The translations under genes were made by a program, and so were the position numbers. A DNA stretch of 64,000 nucleotides from Lingula anatina (taxonomy: Eukaryota > Animalia > Brachiopoda). Position 1 is the first letter of the stretch. Each line of letters opens with the position of its first letter. The stretch is taken from the NCBI GenBank assembly GCA_051362555.1, contig CM120640.1, positions 19,034,001-19,098,000 of the forward strand, written 5' to 3'. This document shows, in pieces, positions 36,447 through 57,118 of the stretch. Under the pieces are notes generated by a model. The model was not told where the DNA came from. It saw nothing but the letters and a program-made list of their open reading frames with translations, and ran no database searches.

Positions 36447-39400
36447 ACGATATAGGTTTGACAAACCTTGGTAATCTCGAGTGCCACACGAGTTTTCCCA
36501 CTCCCAGTAGGAGCACATACAATAATATTCTTCCCCTCAAGGCCTGGCTGGGCCAGCTCTTTCTGATAGTTCCTTAACTCTAAATCTGAAGGCTCAGAAC
36601 TGGATAGTGTTTCATCTGCTGTTCCTACAATAACATGAATCATTTTAAAATAAATCAAATCAAAACAAAAAGTTTGTGACCTCACCTCAAAAACCTGCTA
36701 ATCTGTTTCCACCCAAAAAAGCTCTATTAATTATCGTTATTAAAATAATCTTATAAATGTTTTACTTTTCCAGCAGTGATACACATTTTCCAGCATTGAG
36801 AGATTCACAAAAAAAAAATCGGCTACTGCTTACTGCTATACAATTTCTCATCATCTGAGACAGTTGGAGCTGGAGCTTGTATGAGGGGTTCAACTTCAAA
36901 GGATCTTGTATCATTACTTGGAACCTCTATAACTGGTTCTTCTGCTGGTTCAGATTCCTCCAAACTTCCCAGGTTTTGGGCTTCCTGACTGATATCCTCA
37001 TCTACAGTTTCTGTGTTAAAAAGCAATGATAACTACTAATATGCTAACAGTTTGTATGTTTTACTTGCATTTCAAAAAAGCGATTATAACAGGGTTTTCT
37101 ACAGTATTACTTTCAACCCCACTGCCTTTTAATTTTGATTTTTACCTATTCTATAATAATGTATGCAATCTAATAAATAATATGTATATTAGTTTTACCT
37201 AGAGGTGACTCTTGCACAGGGTATGACAAACCATCCTCCCCTGCTCCTCTCACTGAAGCTCTCAAGTCTACTTCATTACTGCTGTCCATCTCTTTTAGGG
37301 CAGTTTGATGTTGTCCTGGTGAGTGGTCACTCCCACTGCTTGAACTGCCAGTCAGGTTAAGCTTCTCCACACCCTCACAAACATATCCAGAATATTCTCC
37401 ATCTTCCTCCGATTCTTTTCCTACAACATAAAAAAGTGTTAATCCATATCATAATGATCATCCTTTTTATAATGGTACATGACTAAACCCAGATCACACA
37501 ATCTGCTTAGCAATTATGCTCAACTGGACGTCAGTAACCATAGTATAGAGAAAATGAAATTAGTACTTTTAAAACTTTCATACATGATGTAGCATTAATT
37601 TAATCAGAGGAAGCCATTGTTTCATAAAATTCATACATGGGAAGCCATGTTGTATAAGTATCTTCAGGTAATACTTCACACCTTACAGTTCAAATTTTAA
37701 TGTCCTTTGTTTTGAAGCCAGTATTCTGTTAGAGCTTGGTAACAGAGAGTTAGTAGGAGTGCCCACCATGAGGAATGGACTTGTGTCTGAAGTAACCAAT
37801 CAGTTTATAAGTTATGTGATGGACAGTTTAATTGATAAAGTTTAGTATAAAAATCTGTAAACTTAAATATAGAGAGAAGATGGAAGAGTAATATGTATAG
37901 GTGAGACTGGATAGAAGACAGAGAGGAGGAGAGAGAGGCTTGTACCATATGTAACTGTTAGTGTAGCAAAATATATTCTGTTGAAGTTACAACATGGAGT
38001 CGTTTCATTCTTTTACGTGCGCAGAGTTTAAGACAAGGAACCTTGGAATCTCTGTAGCAGGATTACAGAGAGCATTATCCAAAGATGTGAACCCATTGTG
38101 CCGAAAACCCTAGGGTTATTTTATCATAAAAAGTTATTTAATGTCATGTGGGGGCCCGGGATGGTCTTAAGGGGTTTTCCACATGGAACTGTTTAAGAGG
38201 CAGATGGAGGTGGTCTTCTCGGTTTTCCTGAAGACAGTCAAAAATTTTCAGGTTTATATTGATGAGCATCTAATGTTTTCTGTCAGAAGAAATGGAGGAT
38301 TTGTGAACAAAGTTACTTTGGAAGACTGTCAGAAAATATTTGTGGATCCACCCCTGCTGTCAGCAGCATCTGTCTGCCTTCTTCAACAGATACTATAGGT
38401 GTTATGCTGTGTAAATGGAGCTGTCACATGATTGCATGGGAGCACCAATATTATTACTTTATACGCTAAACTTGTAGAATTTGAATTATACAAGTTAAAA
38501 TACCATTCTCTCCACCTTTGAGCTTGCAACTTAAAATGATTCAAATGATTGTATAAATTTACCTACCATTATTTCCACCACTCCCATTTGCACCATCAGC
38601 ATCTAGGGTCTCCTTTACACCTGTAGCATTTATCAAAAATGCTGTCAAGTTAATGACTCATAAATGAATATAACATATAATATAATCCTCAGTATTTATA
38701 TATATGTAGACAGCTTTTTAAGTCACACAAATAAAAATACACTTTTTAATAATAGTTTGCCTTAATCACAATTTTCATTAAATCCTAATTTCAATTAAAA
38801 AAAAAAACATCGGATCCTTTTCATTTGACTATAAAAACATGCTAAAAAGCAATATACTGATACCTGAAACAAAGTCTGGATCTATTTCCTTTACAAGATG
38901 TTCATAACCAGTTGCTTCCAATACCTCTAAAAAGTCTCTGTACCAGCCAGGCTTATGTCGGTATATTCTGTCTATCAGCATTTGGGCAGCTGTTTGGGAG
39001 CCATGATTAATTTCTTCAGCCATAATTTCTTCCTTGTCAACCTGGCTGATAACCCCTTTTGCAAAAAGATTTGGTAGAACATCCCTGGGTATTATATTTG
39101 TATAGAGAAGAGGAGTGAATACATTGATGATATGCTTGCAGTTTTCATCAGTCTCTGGCGAATGTGTCAAAGTGTATTGCAGTAGGTTGGCCAAGGTGAA
39201 AAATTCTACAAAAAATAGAATAATAATAAAGGCAGATTAAAGTAAACATTCAAAACATTATGGTTGAAAACACAAATGCTATACTCTCATTTTATATTGT
39301 TAACTTTTGTCAAAAACTATTTACTGCCTTGCATACATTCTTTTGGATAACAGATAAATCCCCAGTGTTCAGTGACTAAATTTATTAACAATTTTACACA

Positions 39401-41641
39401 TATCATCTTACGGGTGATGTCATAATTGCAATTTTGTTGTAAAAATTGAATATCAAATTTCTCTTTTACCTCACATCCTCACATCCACTGATAAACATGA
39501 TAAAATTGGCAATTGTAATGTTTTGTTTTTTGTTTTTTAAACTAAATAATGTATCTGTAAAATAAAGCTGAGCTTAAAATCATTTTCATGCCACTCCCTG
39601 GTATTTATTACCTCATTGCAGCTATTTCTTTAATCGTTTACTTGATTTTATTATATTTCAAACCAAAAAATATGCTTCTTTTCAATGTTGTTATTTCATG
39701 CTCTGAGGTACATACACTTGTACAACTTTGTCATACTGTAGTTTTTACAGGCAACATTCCCATGCAAATGAATATGAAATGAAGCACTAAATTATGTTTA
39801 ACTTTATAATCTCATATCAACATCAGGTACAACACTCATGCAGAAGATTGTAGGAATTCATAACATAAATGCTTTTACAAAGCAAAAGATGCTCAATAGT
39901 ATGCATTTTGTATATTTTATTGGTTTAATAAATTATTATCTTGTTCGTGTACCATGCAACAAGGCCATGCCTCCTAGGTAGAAAACACCCGTAGTTCTTG
40001 ATAAAAAGATTTCCTTTAGTTTACATCATTAAACAAATAGTTCAAATAAATGGATTGCTAGCACCTAGCCAATGTAGATAGAAACCTGTCTCTTCAATAA
40101 ACATTTGCCCCCATATGTACCAAACAATATTTCTGTTTTAGATTAAATTCAGAGTGGTTTTGTTTGGTGCTAGGAATCTATCTGGTAGTGGTAAATACTT
40201 TTAAATGAGAGCTTTGAATTGCCTTTGCTTATACATAGCAACAAGAAATATAAATGCTGAAATTTTATAATTTTGGTGGTTTTTTTTTTTTTTTAATCAG
40301 CACAAAGATATATGTATTACTGAATTATTGAATGCAAGAAATAACTCATATTCGGTATCTGGATGATAACAAACCCTTACAGTACCCTCAATGCTATCAA
40401 CACAAAAATTTAATGTAGACTACCTACATGTACAATTCATGTTCTGATGTAAAAAGCACATATGAATTACCCGCTGATTCCAGTGCATCGAGAAATGATT
40501 GAAACCACCCTGGTTCTTTCACTTCATCTACTGCCTGTAACTTTTCAAAGAGCACCTTCACTGCTTTTTGTGGTGAGCCGGTCCTTTCTGCCCTCAAGAT
40601 TGCGTGTTGAGATTCACGGAGGAATGGACAAAAAGGCAGAAGATGCGATGGGATAAGATTCATCACAAACGCTGGTTCAAATACCCGAAGCAAGTCTTTG
40701 TGTGAAAACTGTCTATCCTCTTCAAACGTCTCCATTCCTGGGGTGGAAATGACATGTAGCACCAATTAATTACATTTACTAGTGTTATCACCCAAATGTC
40801 CCCTCAATGCTATTACTAGCTTCTACTGCTCATTTCATCTTCCCATTCAGATATATTTGAGCAAGTTTTGCATTGGTACAGAGCACTTAAAAACAAGACT
40901 AGCAATCCACAATATTTATAGATGTACAGGTAGATTGTAGTTTGAGTCTTTTAAAATCTGGCTTTCAGCTATAGCAAATAACCATTTAGTTTGTCTAATT
41001 ATGTTTCCATTAATATCTTTATTTCAGTAAAAAAAATAAATAAATAAAAAATAAAATAGAATCCAATTGTTTGACTATAAAAAGCAATATACCATTACCT
41101 GAAACAAAGTCTGGATCTATTTCCTTTACAAGATGTTCATAACCAGTTGCTTCCAATACCTCTAAAAAATCTCTGTACCAGCCAGGCTTATGACGGTATA
41201 TTCTGTCTATCAGCACCATGGACGCTGCTTGGGGGCCATGATTAGTTTCTTCAACCATAATTTCTTCCTTGTCAACCTGGCTGATAACCCCTTTAGCAAA
41301 AAGATTTCGTAGAACATGACTGGGCATTATGTTTGTATAGACAAGAGGAGTGAATACATTGATGATATGCTTGCAGTTTTCATCTGTCTCTGGTGAATGT
41401 GTCAAAGTGTCTTGCAGTAGGTTGGCCAAGGGATGAAATTCTACAAATAAATTAAATAATGAAGGCAGGTTATCTACATGTAGGTACGATACGGTGTATA
41501 GATAGCACACATTCACTCTGTATAAAGATCAAAATACCATGTAGTCAAGCTATCATAACCCCCCCCCCCGTATCTCTAATTTTTAAGGTTACTGTAAGCG
41601 ACAAAAACCCCTTATTTACTGCCTTACATACATGTACTTTT

Positions 41642-41676
<35 letters not shown>

Positions 41677-42064
41677 ATAACAGATAAACCTTATAGTACC
41701 CTCAATGCTATCTACTAGTACACAAATGCTGCTATCTTATGTAGACAAGCAACATGTAGAATTCATGTTATGATTTAAAATATGCGTTTGCGTTACCCGC
41801 TGATTTCAGTGCACCGAGAAATGTTTGAAACCACTCTGGTTCTTTCTCTTCATCCACTGCCTGCAGCTTTTCGAAAAGCACCGTTACCGCTTTTTGTGTT
41901 GAGACGATCCTTTCTGCTCTCCGGATTTCGTTTAGAGATTCACGGAGGAATGGGAGATAAGGCAGAAGATGTGACGGGATAAGATTCTTCACAAACGCTG
42001 GTTGGAATACTAGAAGCAGTTCTTTGTGTGAAAACTGTCTATTCTCTTCTCCCAACGTCCCCAT
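18693..42064 (-). CDS. DDX58: RIG-I-like receptor B with four CARD exons, ~1262 aa (or ~1474 aa including the internal duplication). Exons 42064-41797, 41440-41099, 40737-40471, 39205-38864, 38620-38567, 37420-37199, 37010-36834, 36624-36467, 36190-35801, 35557-35395, 23976-23881, 23719-23556, 22284-22149, 21574-21335, 21097-20930, [20548-20081, 19843-19676], 19294-18693
   Basis: Exon-by-exon paralogue of RLR-A with open frames and GT-AG sites. Helicase motifs ([35 protein letters not shown]) and CTD CLKC/CTKC are intact. The symbol indicates family only. Confidence 0.85.
18886..21370. repeat. Apparently identical direct tandem duplication (18886-20116 and 20140-21370) with 23-bp filler at 20117-20139; period 1254 bp
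   Basis: Duplicate ORFs in the track are offset by exactly 1254 (19644/20898, 19801/21055, 19316/20570). I found no mismatches by eye. Confidence 0.95.
22652..23346. mobile_element. Non-autonomous DNA element (hAT-like MITE) in an RLR-B intron
   Basis: Ends CAGGACTCGAC / GTCGAGCCCTG are imperfect inverted repeats. Absent from the homologous RLR-A intron. No clear TSD. Confidence 0.45.
24184..24401. mobile_element. MITE
   Basis: TIR AGACTGCATTCCCACA / TGTGGGAATGCAGTCT with further internal inverted symmetry. Confidence 0.7.
25020..25605. repeat. Tandem array of ~122-123-bp units (~4.5 copies), left arm of the CACTA-like element
   Basis: TTACCTTTCTTTGTCAA recurs at 25121, 25244, 25366 and 25488. 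Confidence 0.9.
26541..28953. mobile_element. Ginger1-like non-autonomous foldback element with inverted arrays of ~180-bp units
   Basis: CCGG|TGTAACATGAAAATCTGACTCCC ... GGGAGTCAGATTTTCATGGTACA|CCGG. TGT..ACA termini with a CCGG TSD are described for Ginger1. The left arm (26541-27350) is the reverse complement of the right arm (27990-28953). Confidence 0.75.
29180..30025. repeat. Tandem array of 109-bp units (~7 copies), right arm of the CACTA-like element
   Basis: AACTTTCATAGTCAACGTCATATCAAC recurs every 109 bp (29292, 29401, 29510, ...). Confidence 0.92.
30930..31832. mobile_element. Unclassified insertion interrupting the Penelope RT
   Basis: CpG-rich segment lying between RT remnants SYDVT and MGSPIS, with short repeats (GAAATTCATG) at its right end. 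Termini are not resolved. Confidence 0.35.
31897..32018. mobile_element. Small hairpin/MITE
   Basis: CTCTCACACGCCTCCCCA ... TGGGGAGGCGTGTGAGA inverted repeat. Confidence 0.6.
32436..33750 (+). pseudogene. THAP-HTH transposase remnant of the ISL2EU element
   Basis: [10 protein letters not shown]...HSFPKD...QWRVAIRR...WKP...[12 protein letters not shown]|...RLKPGT..PSIF (THAP). Frameshifted HTH remnant (MKLRQA...[20 protein letters not shown]) follows. The DDE domain is missing. Confidence 0.75.
34700..34801 (-). pseudogene. First exon of the ISL2EU second ORF (SAP domain; normally followed by a YqaJ exonuclease)
   Basis: [34 protein letters not shown]|GT fits the SAP consensus (LK..L..RG....G.K.DLVERL). 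Confidence 0.65.
37529..38183 (-). mobile_element. Probable solo LTR in an RLR-B intron
   Basis: Absent at the homologous RLR-A site (12243-12250). TGGA 4-bp duplication (37525-37528, 38184-38187). The minus strand starts TGTGG and ends TGACG (degenerate TG..CA). Confidence 0.6.
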
Positions 42065-42122
42065 TCTTACGATGGAAAATGACGTGTAGCACCAAAATGC
42101 CAAACTTTCGATCTTCTCAAAA

Positions 42123-42190
42123 GGGGATTCCCCGCCACATGATCAAAAGTAGCCAATGAACCTGCGTGGGGCGAAAGTAAGGAAATTTTC
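42123..42190 (-). promoter_or_regulatory. RLR-B proximal promoter with NF-kB palindrome GGGGATTCCCC (42123-42133), CCAAT box and GC box
   Basis: Homologous to 14656-14730. Confidence 0.6.
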
Positions 42191-42427
42191 AGTGCTATTT
42201 TTGGCATCATTTTGATTAACTTACGAAAATTCATGCGAAAGAAATTTAATTTTGATGTTTTATGTTACATCTAACATAAACGTGTAGTACCAGAAACCAT
42301 GAATAAGATTTCTAACACATGAGTTTTTGTACAACAATTGCATGTAGATCGATTTTGCTGACGACTGAGTATGTTTGGTATATCATGGTATATGTACTGT
42401 AACGTGTGCGCATGTATATTTTCGGAA

Positions 42428-45009
42428 GGGGGCGTCTCGATAGTCCGAAGGTTCATTGGTCCGAAGGTTCATTGGTCCGAAAATTCGTAAATTTTTCATC
42501 AGATTTTCAACAAAAAGGTTCATTGGTCCGAAGGTTCATTAGTCCGAAAATTAAAGGTCCATTGGTCCGAAGGTTCATTAGTCCGAAGGTTCGATAGTCC
42601 GAAGGTTCATTAGTCCGAAGGTTCGATAGTCCGAAACATTTTAAGATGTTCTTCGATTTTAAGAATTATAATTACAAACGGAATCTTAGGGTGCGTTCCC
42701 AACGAAACTATCATTCTACGTAGATTGATCCAACTCCACCAGGATTCTCACTGTATGCAATCAGATTAGCAATCCTGGAACTGCTAGGGGGTGATTAACT
42801 TTCGTGTGAACTCAGCTTCTAGAAACTTTATCATTTCGTTTTGAGTGCGACCGAAACGCACGTGAAAATTATCCATATAGGTCGTATTGTTTCCGTGAAC
42901 TACTCTTTACAATGTGGGGAAGTTTGGGGATATGCAATGGCTACCCTTTCCAACTCATGAACACCATACATGTTTCACATGAAATATTGAATAAAGATTG
43001 GAACGCATAAAATGAGAGGACGCCTATATTTAATCAAATGGCCTGTGCTATTATTTTTGAATTGTATAAGAAACTGATAAAAGTGGTTTTACGCTCCATC
43101 AAGGCTACCTTTAAGCGCACACTGATTATTTTCAAAAGAAAAAAACGGGTGTTTCAATTACGAAATTTTTTGGATTGCGGGAGAGTCCCGTTTTTCTAGA
43201 GACCGATTGCGGTTCACGTCCACCCTGTACTCATGAATATCAAGTCAACAGTTTCGTAAAAAATCAGTGATAATCGACTTTTCAAGACTGGATGAATAGG
43301 TCGGTTCAAGAAAGGCAGTTAACAGACAACTCCACCCTCCAGCGACCAATAACCGTACCACCAGCGTGAGCGTGGCGGTATAGACATGGGCTTAATCCCG
43401 ACCCATCTCGTAAGGCCTCCGCCAGTTCCGCGTCATGGGGGATACAATTAACCGTTACCGTTTCTTCACCTAGACTGGCATCTCGTAGATCTCGCAAGTA
43501 AGACGTGCGATTTTGGGGTCTGCCATATAGATAAACGTTCTAATAAAATATTCGTCCCGATATACACGTCTCAATAGATTTACGTCTCGTTAAATTTACG
43601 TGCCGATAGATCCACCAACAGATTCCTATAAACCTTTAGATCTTTAGAACCAGGTACCGCTAGATCCATATATCTGACATCGTAATGGGCCTGGGTAAAA
43701 TGCCGATATCAACTCGAGGTACAGGTATGGGGCTTTCGAGTAATAGTCTGACTGCTAGTACTGACCCACTTAATTAATGATTTAATTACAACCTGATATT
43801 TATTACCGTATAGGTATGGTAAGCTCTGAAAAGGCGCAAACTCCCTTAGAAAACAAATTTCACACGGGTAAACGGCATTTTTCCTGGACTGACTTTACCA
43901 GTCCATCAATCCAAATTATCCAAGAGCACTTTTACAATTAGTTTGAGTTTCTTACGATGTCTTAAGATACTATGATTAGAATTCAAATTCTTCTAACCTA
44001 CACATTACTTAAAGGGATAATAACTCTTCGTATGAGATCTATATTTCACAATAAAAACCTTGTGAATAACTCATAGAAATATAATATATTCTGTTTTACC
44101 ACAAAAACAGCAGTTATAGCTATTATTCTGATATCTGAGCTTGTCTTAAGACCACGTGACCTCCATTGATGGCTATACAATGTTAAAATCTCTTAAGAGA
44201 TTTTAACAAAAAAACAAACTTTTTAGAAAAAAACCAGGGACTAACTTTGAATGTAAAAGTGGATTCATTAACCATTGGAAAGTATGGGAAAATTGTTGTT
44301 TACTCCAGGAAAATTCATTTTTTGGCCCAAACGAAGAGTTATTATTGCTTTAAATTATGTAAAAGTAATAGAATAATTGCATTTCCAAACAAACTATGTT
44401 GTTGTTCGCACAGCCCACTCCCCTACCCTAACCCCCCCCCCCAAAAAAAAAAAAAAAAAAAAAAAAACGGCCGTTCCGTTCGTTCGGATGAATTAACTGG
44501 AGTGTAAACTTGGCATATAAACAAAAATTACGAGCATTTACGAAAACAAACTTTTCCCTTATAGGGCTTTAAACATAAAAATTGTATCAGAATACAGTAA
44601 TATGCTCAAATATCCACAAATAGTAATACATATTTAATTCCAACCCCTCTTCCCCAGCAATACTGAAGGTGCTGAAACGTTTATAATCTGAAATAGAAAT
44701 GTGGCAACGCCATATCAACCCGGTGGGCCTATTTATTTATTTATTTATCTATTTATTTATTAAACGTAAAATACAAGTGAGAAGGCAGTTTGAACATGTT
44801 GAAATATTCTAAAACAGTTAAACTTCTAATCTGATGAACAACATCAAAAATGCTGTCTTTGTAACAAATTCATTTAAACGAAGAAAAACGTACTATGCAA
44901 AAAGTAGATACACTCGTGACTCGTGAGAAAATTTCCATTTGATTTTACAAAATAAACCTTTGCAGTTAAATATCGTCAACTTCCAATCCCATGAAAAACA
45001 TCAAGATCT

Positions 45010-45055
<46 letters not shown>

Positions 45056-45517
45056 TAACTAATGTAATATGCTAGTATTGACGTTATTTTTGCCCGTGCA
45101 GACCTAACTTTTAAACCCTCTACCAGGGCGACTGATAGATTTTTTACAGATATTCACAGATGTGTCTCTAGATAAATAGGTGGTCATTTTGAGACACCAA
45201 CAATTTTCGGGGCCCTTTAGCGGGCCCTAGATCCTACGCCAAGGGGGATGGGGGCTTTGCATCCGCGGACCCCCCTTCAAATAATCTTGGATCCGCCCCT
45301 GTACATGTAATTCACTATACGCTTATACAGCGGGCCTACATTCGGACTATCGAACCTTCGGACTATCGAACCTTCGGACTAATGAACCTTCGGACCAATG
45401 CACCTTCGGACTATCGAACCTTCGGACCAATGAACCTTCAATGCACATTCGGACCATTGAACCTTCGGACCAATGAACCTTCGGACTATTGAACCTTCGG
45501 ACTATCGCTACGGCCCC
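42428..45517. mobile_element. Mutator/foldback-like non-autonomous element in the RLR-B promoter
   Basis: 9-bp TSD TTTTCGGAA (42419-42427, 45518-45526). TIR GGGG(G/C)CGT..CGATAGTCCGAAGGTTC with inverted arrays of a 16-bp unit TTCATTGGTCCGAAGG (42440-42635 / 45342-45505). The empty site is at 14997-15004 in unit A. Confidence 0.85.
44013..44349. mobile_element. Kolobok-like MITE nested in the promoter element
   Basis: TTAA|AGGGATAATAACTCTTCGT ... ACGAAGAGTTATTATTGCT|TTAA; a second copy lies at 49852-50188. Confidence 0.7.
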
Positions 45518-45548
45518 TTTTCGGAACATATCTGCATGCACACAAATC

Positions 45549-45559
45549 GAGAGTGAAAC
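45549..45559. promoter_or_regulatory. Mutated ISRE-like site (GAGAGTGAAAC) of RLR-B, displaced by the 3.1-kb insertion
   Basis: Homologous to 15034-15044 with one A>G change. Confidence 0.5.
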
Positions 45560-47041
45560 TTTAATGGAAATTTTAATCTTAAAAATCATTTAGCCAATGA
45601 TAGCATTACAAAATAACTGTCCTGACGCGTTTTAAGAGTAGACATGTATCTCGAGGGTGACAGCAGTGCCAGACTTCGCATGGGCTAACCAAATATTTTA
45701 TAAGGATCTACAAACTTTTTTAATCGTGTCGGGGGAGGGGGGGGGGGCAACAACAGGAATAAACCTATAACAGGAGACGAATTATTACAAAAAGTTAAGA
45801 TCGCTATCAACCTATAAACAGATTTTTTTTCAGTTGATGCCAGTTGCCAGACAACAATACATGTGCCCATATACATCAACCTCAACAAGTGTAGTAAGAT
45901 TCACATTTGCCATATAACTATGCATCTTTTTTTATCTCACAAGATGCGTTACAGACAAAAATCAATCTTTGAGAAAAGGATTATCACAATTTCATTGGGC
46001 CTGTGAGACTTGTTTATTGAGGAGACATGCATACACACAACCACACCCCTTTTTGAAAAGTGTTAAAAATGACAGTAGGCAATTTGATCCACAAATTTAT
46101 TGTCTATAGTATTTACAGGTACAAGTCCAGTATTTAAGCCATTCTTGTTTTGACATCACATATCATAATACAAACATGAACATTTAATTACTAACTTTTA
46201 TTAGGACTAAATTTCAAAGTCAAAATCTTTCCATATTTGTATCCAGCTTCACAAGTAATGTATCTTCACCATCATGATGCAGATGGACCATTTTAGGTTT
46301 AAGATTAATTTAGAGCCCACACAATTGTTCCATATAAGAAAAGATTTGTCAGAAATTCTTACTGAAAGGAAATTTTTTGCGTTTTACAAAATGTGTATAT
46401 TGCACTTCACATAATAAACAAAATTTCTGACATATTAAAGGAAAGCATTGGCATATTTCAAAGTATGTAATATTTGTCACATTATACTTATTGAATGATA
46501 ACCTATGACATATCTATTAGAAAATCATTTGGTTTTGTTTCTTTCTCTCTTCAGGTAGCCAAGCAGCTGAAAAGCTAGACAACATGATTGATAACATCAA
46601 GATGCCCATTGCACCACAGTTACTAACCACAACCACATTTTATTTCACGTCTCTATATACATTTTTAACATCTGCTAGACGAAACAAAAACATGACACAC
46701 TGTCTCATTCTCTTTCCTTCTCATATATTTTAGCTGTTATGTAACCATGCATATGGTAGACACATAACTGAACCTTGTTACTGGTTGAATTAACTACCTC
46801 CCACTTTTACACCCCCTCCCCTAAATAACTATTAACACAATACATAAAGAAAGACGTGTTCTTTATATCTACTGACCATATACTGCAGTGATTTCAGTCT
46901 ATGATGTACACTATGTGTAGGTTAAAGTTAGGTTTCCCTTTACAATACATGTATATTCCCCTGCAATCGTTCACTTGAAAACGGGTGTTCTTTTCAACAT
47001 TAAGTATGTCAATGTTGTGTAGTGTGTACATGCAGTTATGA

Positions 47042-56049
<9,008 letters not shown>

Positions 56050-56057
56050 TTTCACAG

Positions 56058-56073
56058 GTCATGTGTCATGTGA
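56058..56073. promoter_or_regulatory. Tandem M-box/CLEAR-like sites (GTCATGTGTCATGTGA) just upstream of the V-ATPase B start codon
   Basis: TCATGTG occurs twice here, and TCACATGA occurs at ~55659 in intron 1. MITF/TFEB control of V-ATPase genes through such E-boxes is established. Confidence 0.5.
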
Positions 56074-57118
56074 TGGAAAAAAGTAGGTCACTGCACTTGC
56101 GCAAAATGGTCTTCCGGACACGGACTTCCGTGTGTCACCCCTCCCCCCTTCCGCGTTGATACGAGTGGTGCTAGACAAACTGAACTTACGTAACATAAAC
56201 GTAAATGGGAATCTTAGTTATAAATCTACGTATTAAAAGTGCTTTTTCTCCCCGATTTTTCTGAAACAATATCATGCTATCCCATTTTTTACACAATTTC
56301 GTTCATTTTTACATGGAAATACTGTAGTATCTAGATTATTTTTATCATTCGAAATGTCTATTGTAGCGCGTGACAGTGCTTACCCATTCTTGGCTTTTTT
56401 GCAGCAGGTTTTCAGAATTCCCGCATATAAATCTAGAGCAATTACAGACTTTTTTGAGACATAAATGAAAACTTTTTCATCCTTTAATCTGCTTCTTTTT
56501 TACAACTTCACTTCTTTTGCATTTGAATGAATAAAATTTTCTTTCATTTTTTAATTCTAATGTAAAAACAATTTTAAATGCAATTTTCAAATTAAATTTA
56601 ACTGTCAAACAAAAGATGTAAGTAACTGTAAGAAAGTACTTCACGACTTGTAATCACAATTTTATTATTATCAATAACATACATTAACATAACTATAAAT
56701 AACACCACCAGGTCTTCTTTCACTTAAACTTCTGGAACTCGTATACAATAACATGTACTAGCCATATGCATTGTACAGTTCAAAGTTGTAATGGAACAAT
56801 AGGTGTGTTATATCTATTAAGTATTTATAGAAGGTTTATTAAATTTATTTCAAAGCGTAAACAAATGGAACATATACGTGTATATATCGAAGCAGTGCCA
56901 ATATGCCATATTTGCTTGAGGAGATATCCTCTGCACAGTGTATAATGTGTGTGTCACAATAATGTCAATTTATTTCCAACAATCGCAGGTAGGGTAGTCT
57001 CATATTCTCAACAGTTTTAAAACTTTTGGGTCTTAAAGAAGATCTTAGATCAGCAACAAGTTTTAACTATAAGTTGATTGGCACTTCAATTTTATCATCT
57101 TAAAAGAAACACCCCTTG

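Noticed and set aside
5642-42064. RLR-A and RLR-B as two haplotypes of one gene assembled in tandem
   Set aside because: Helicase-CTD introns and the V-ATPase pseudo-exons are too diverged, and there is a defined duplication junction at ~17895
42440-42635. 16-bp tandem repeats (TTCATTGGTCCGAAGG) as a possible regulatory or CRISPR-like array
   Set aside because: Mirrored in inverted orientation at 45342-45505; they are subterminal repeats of the foldback transposon
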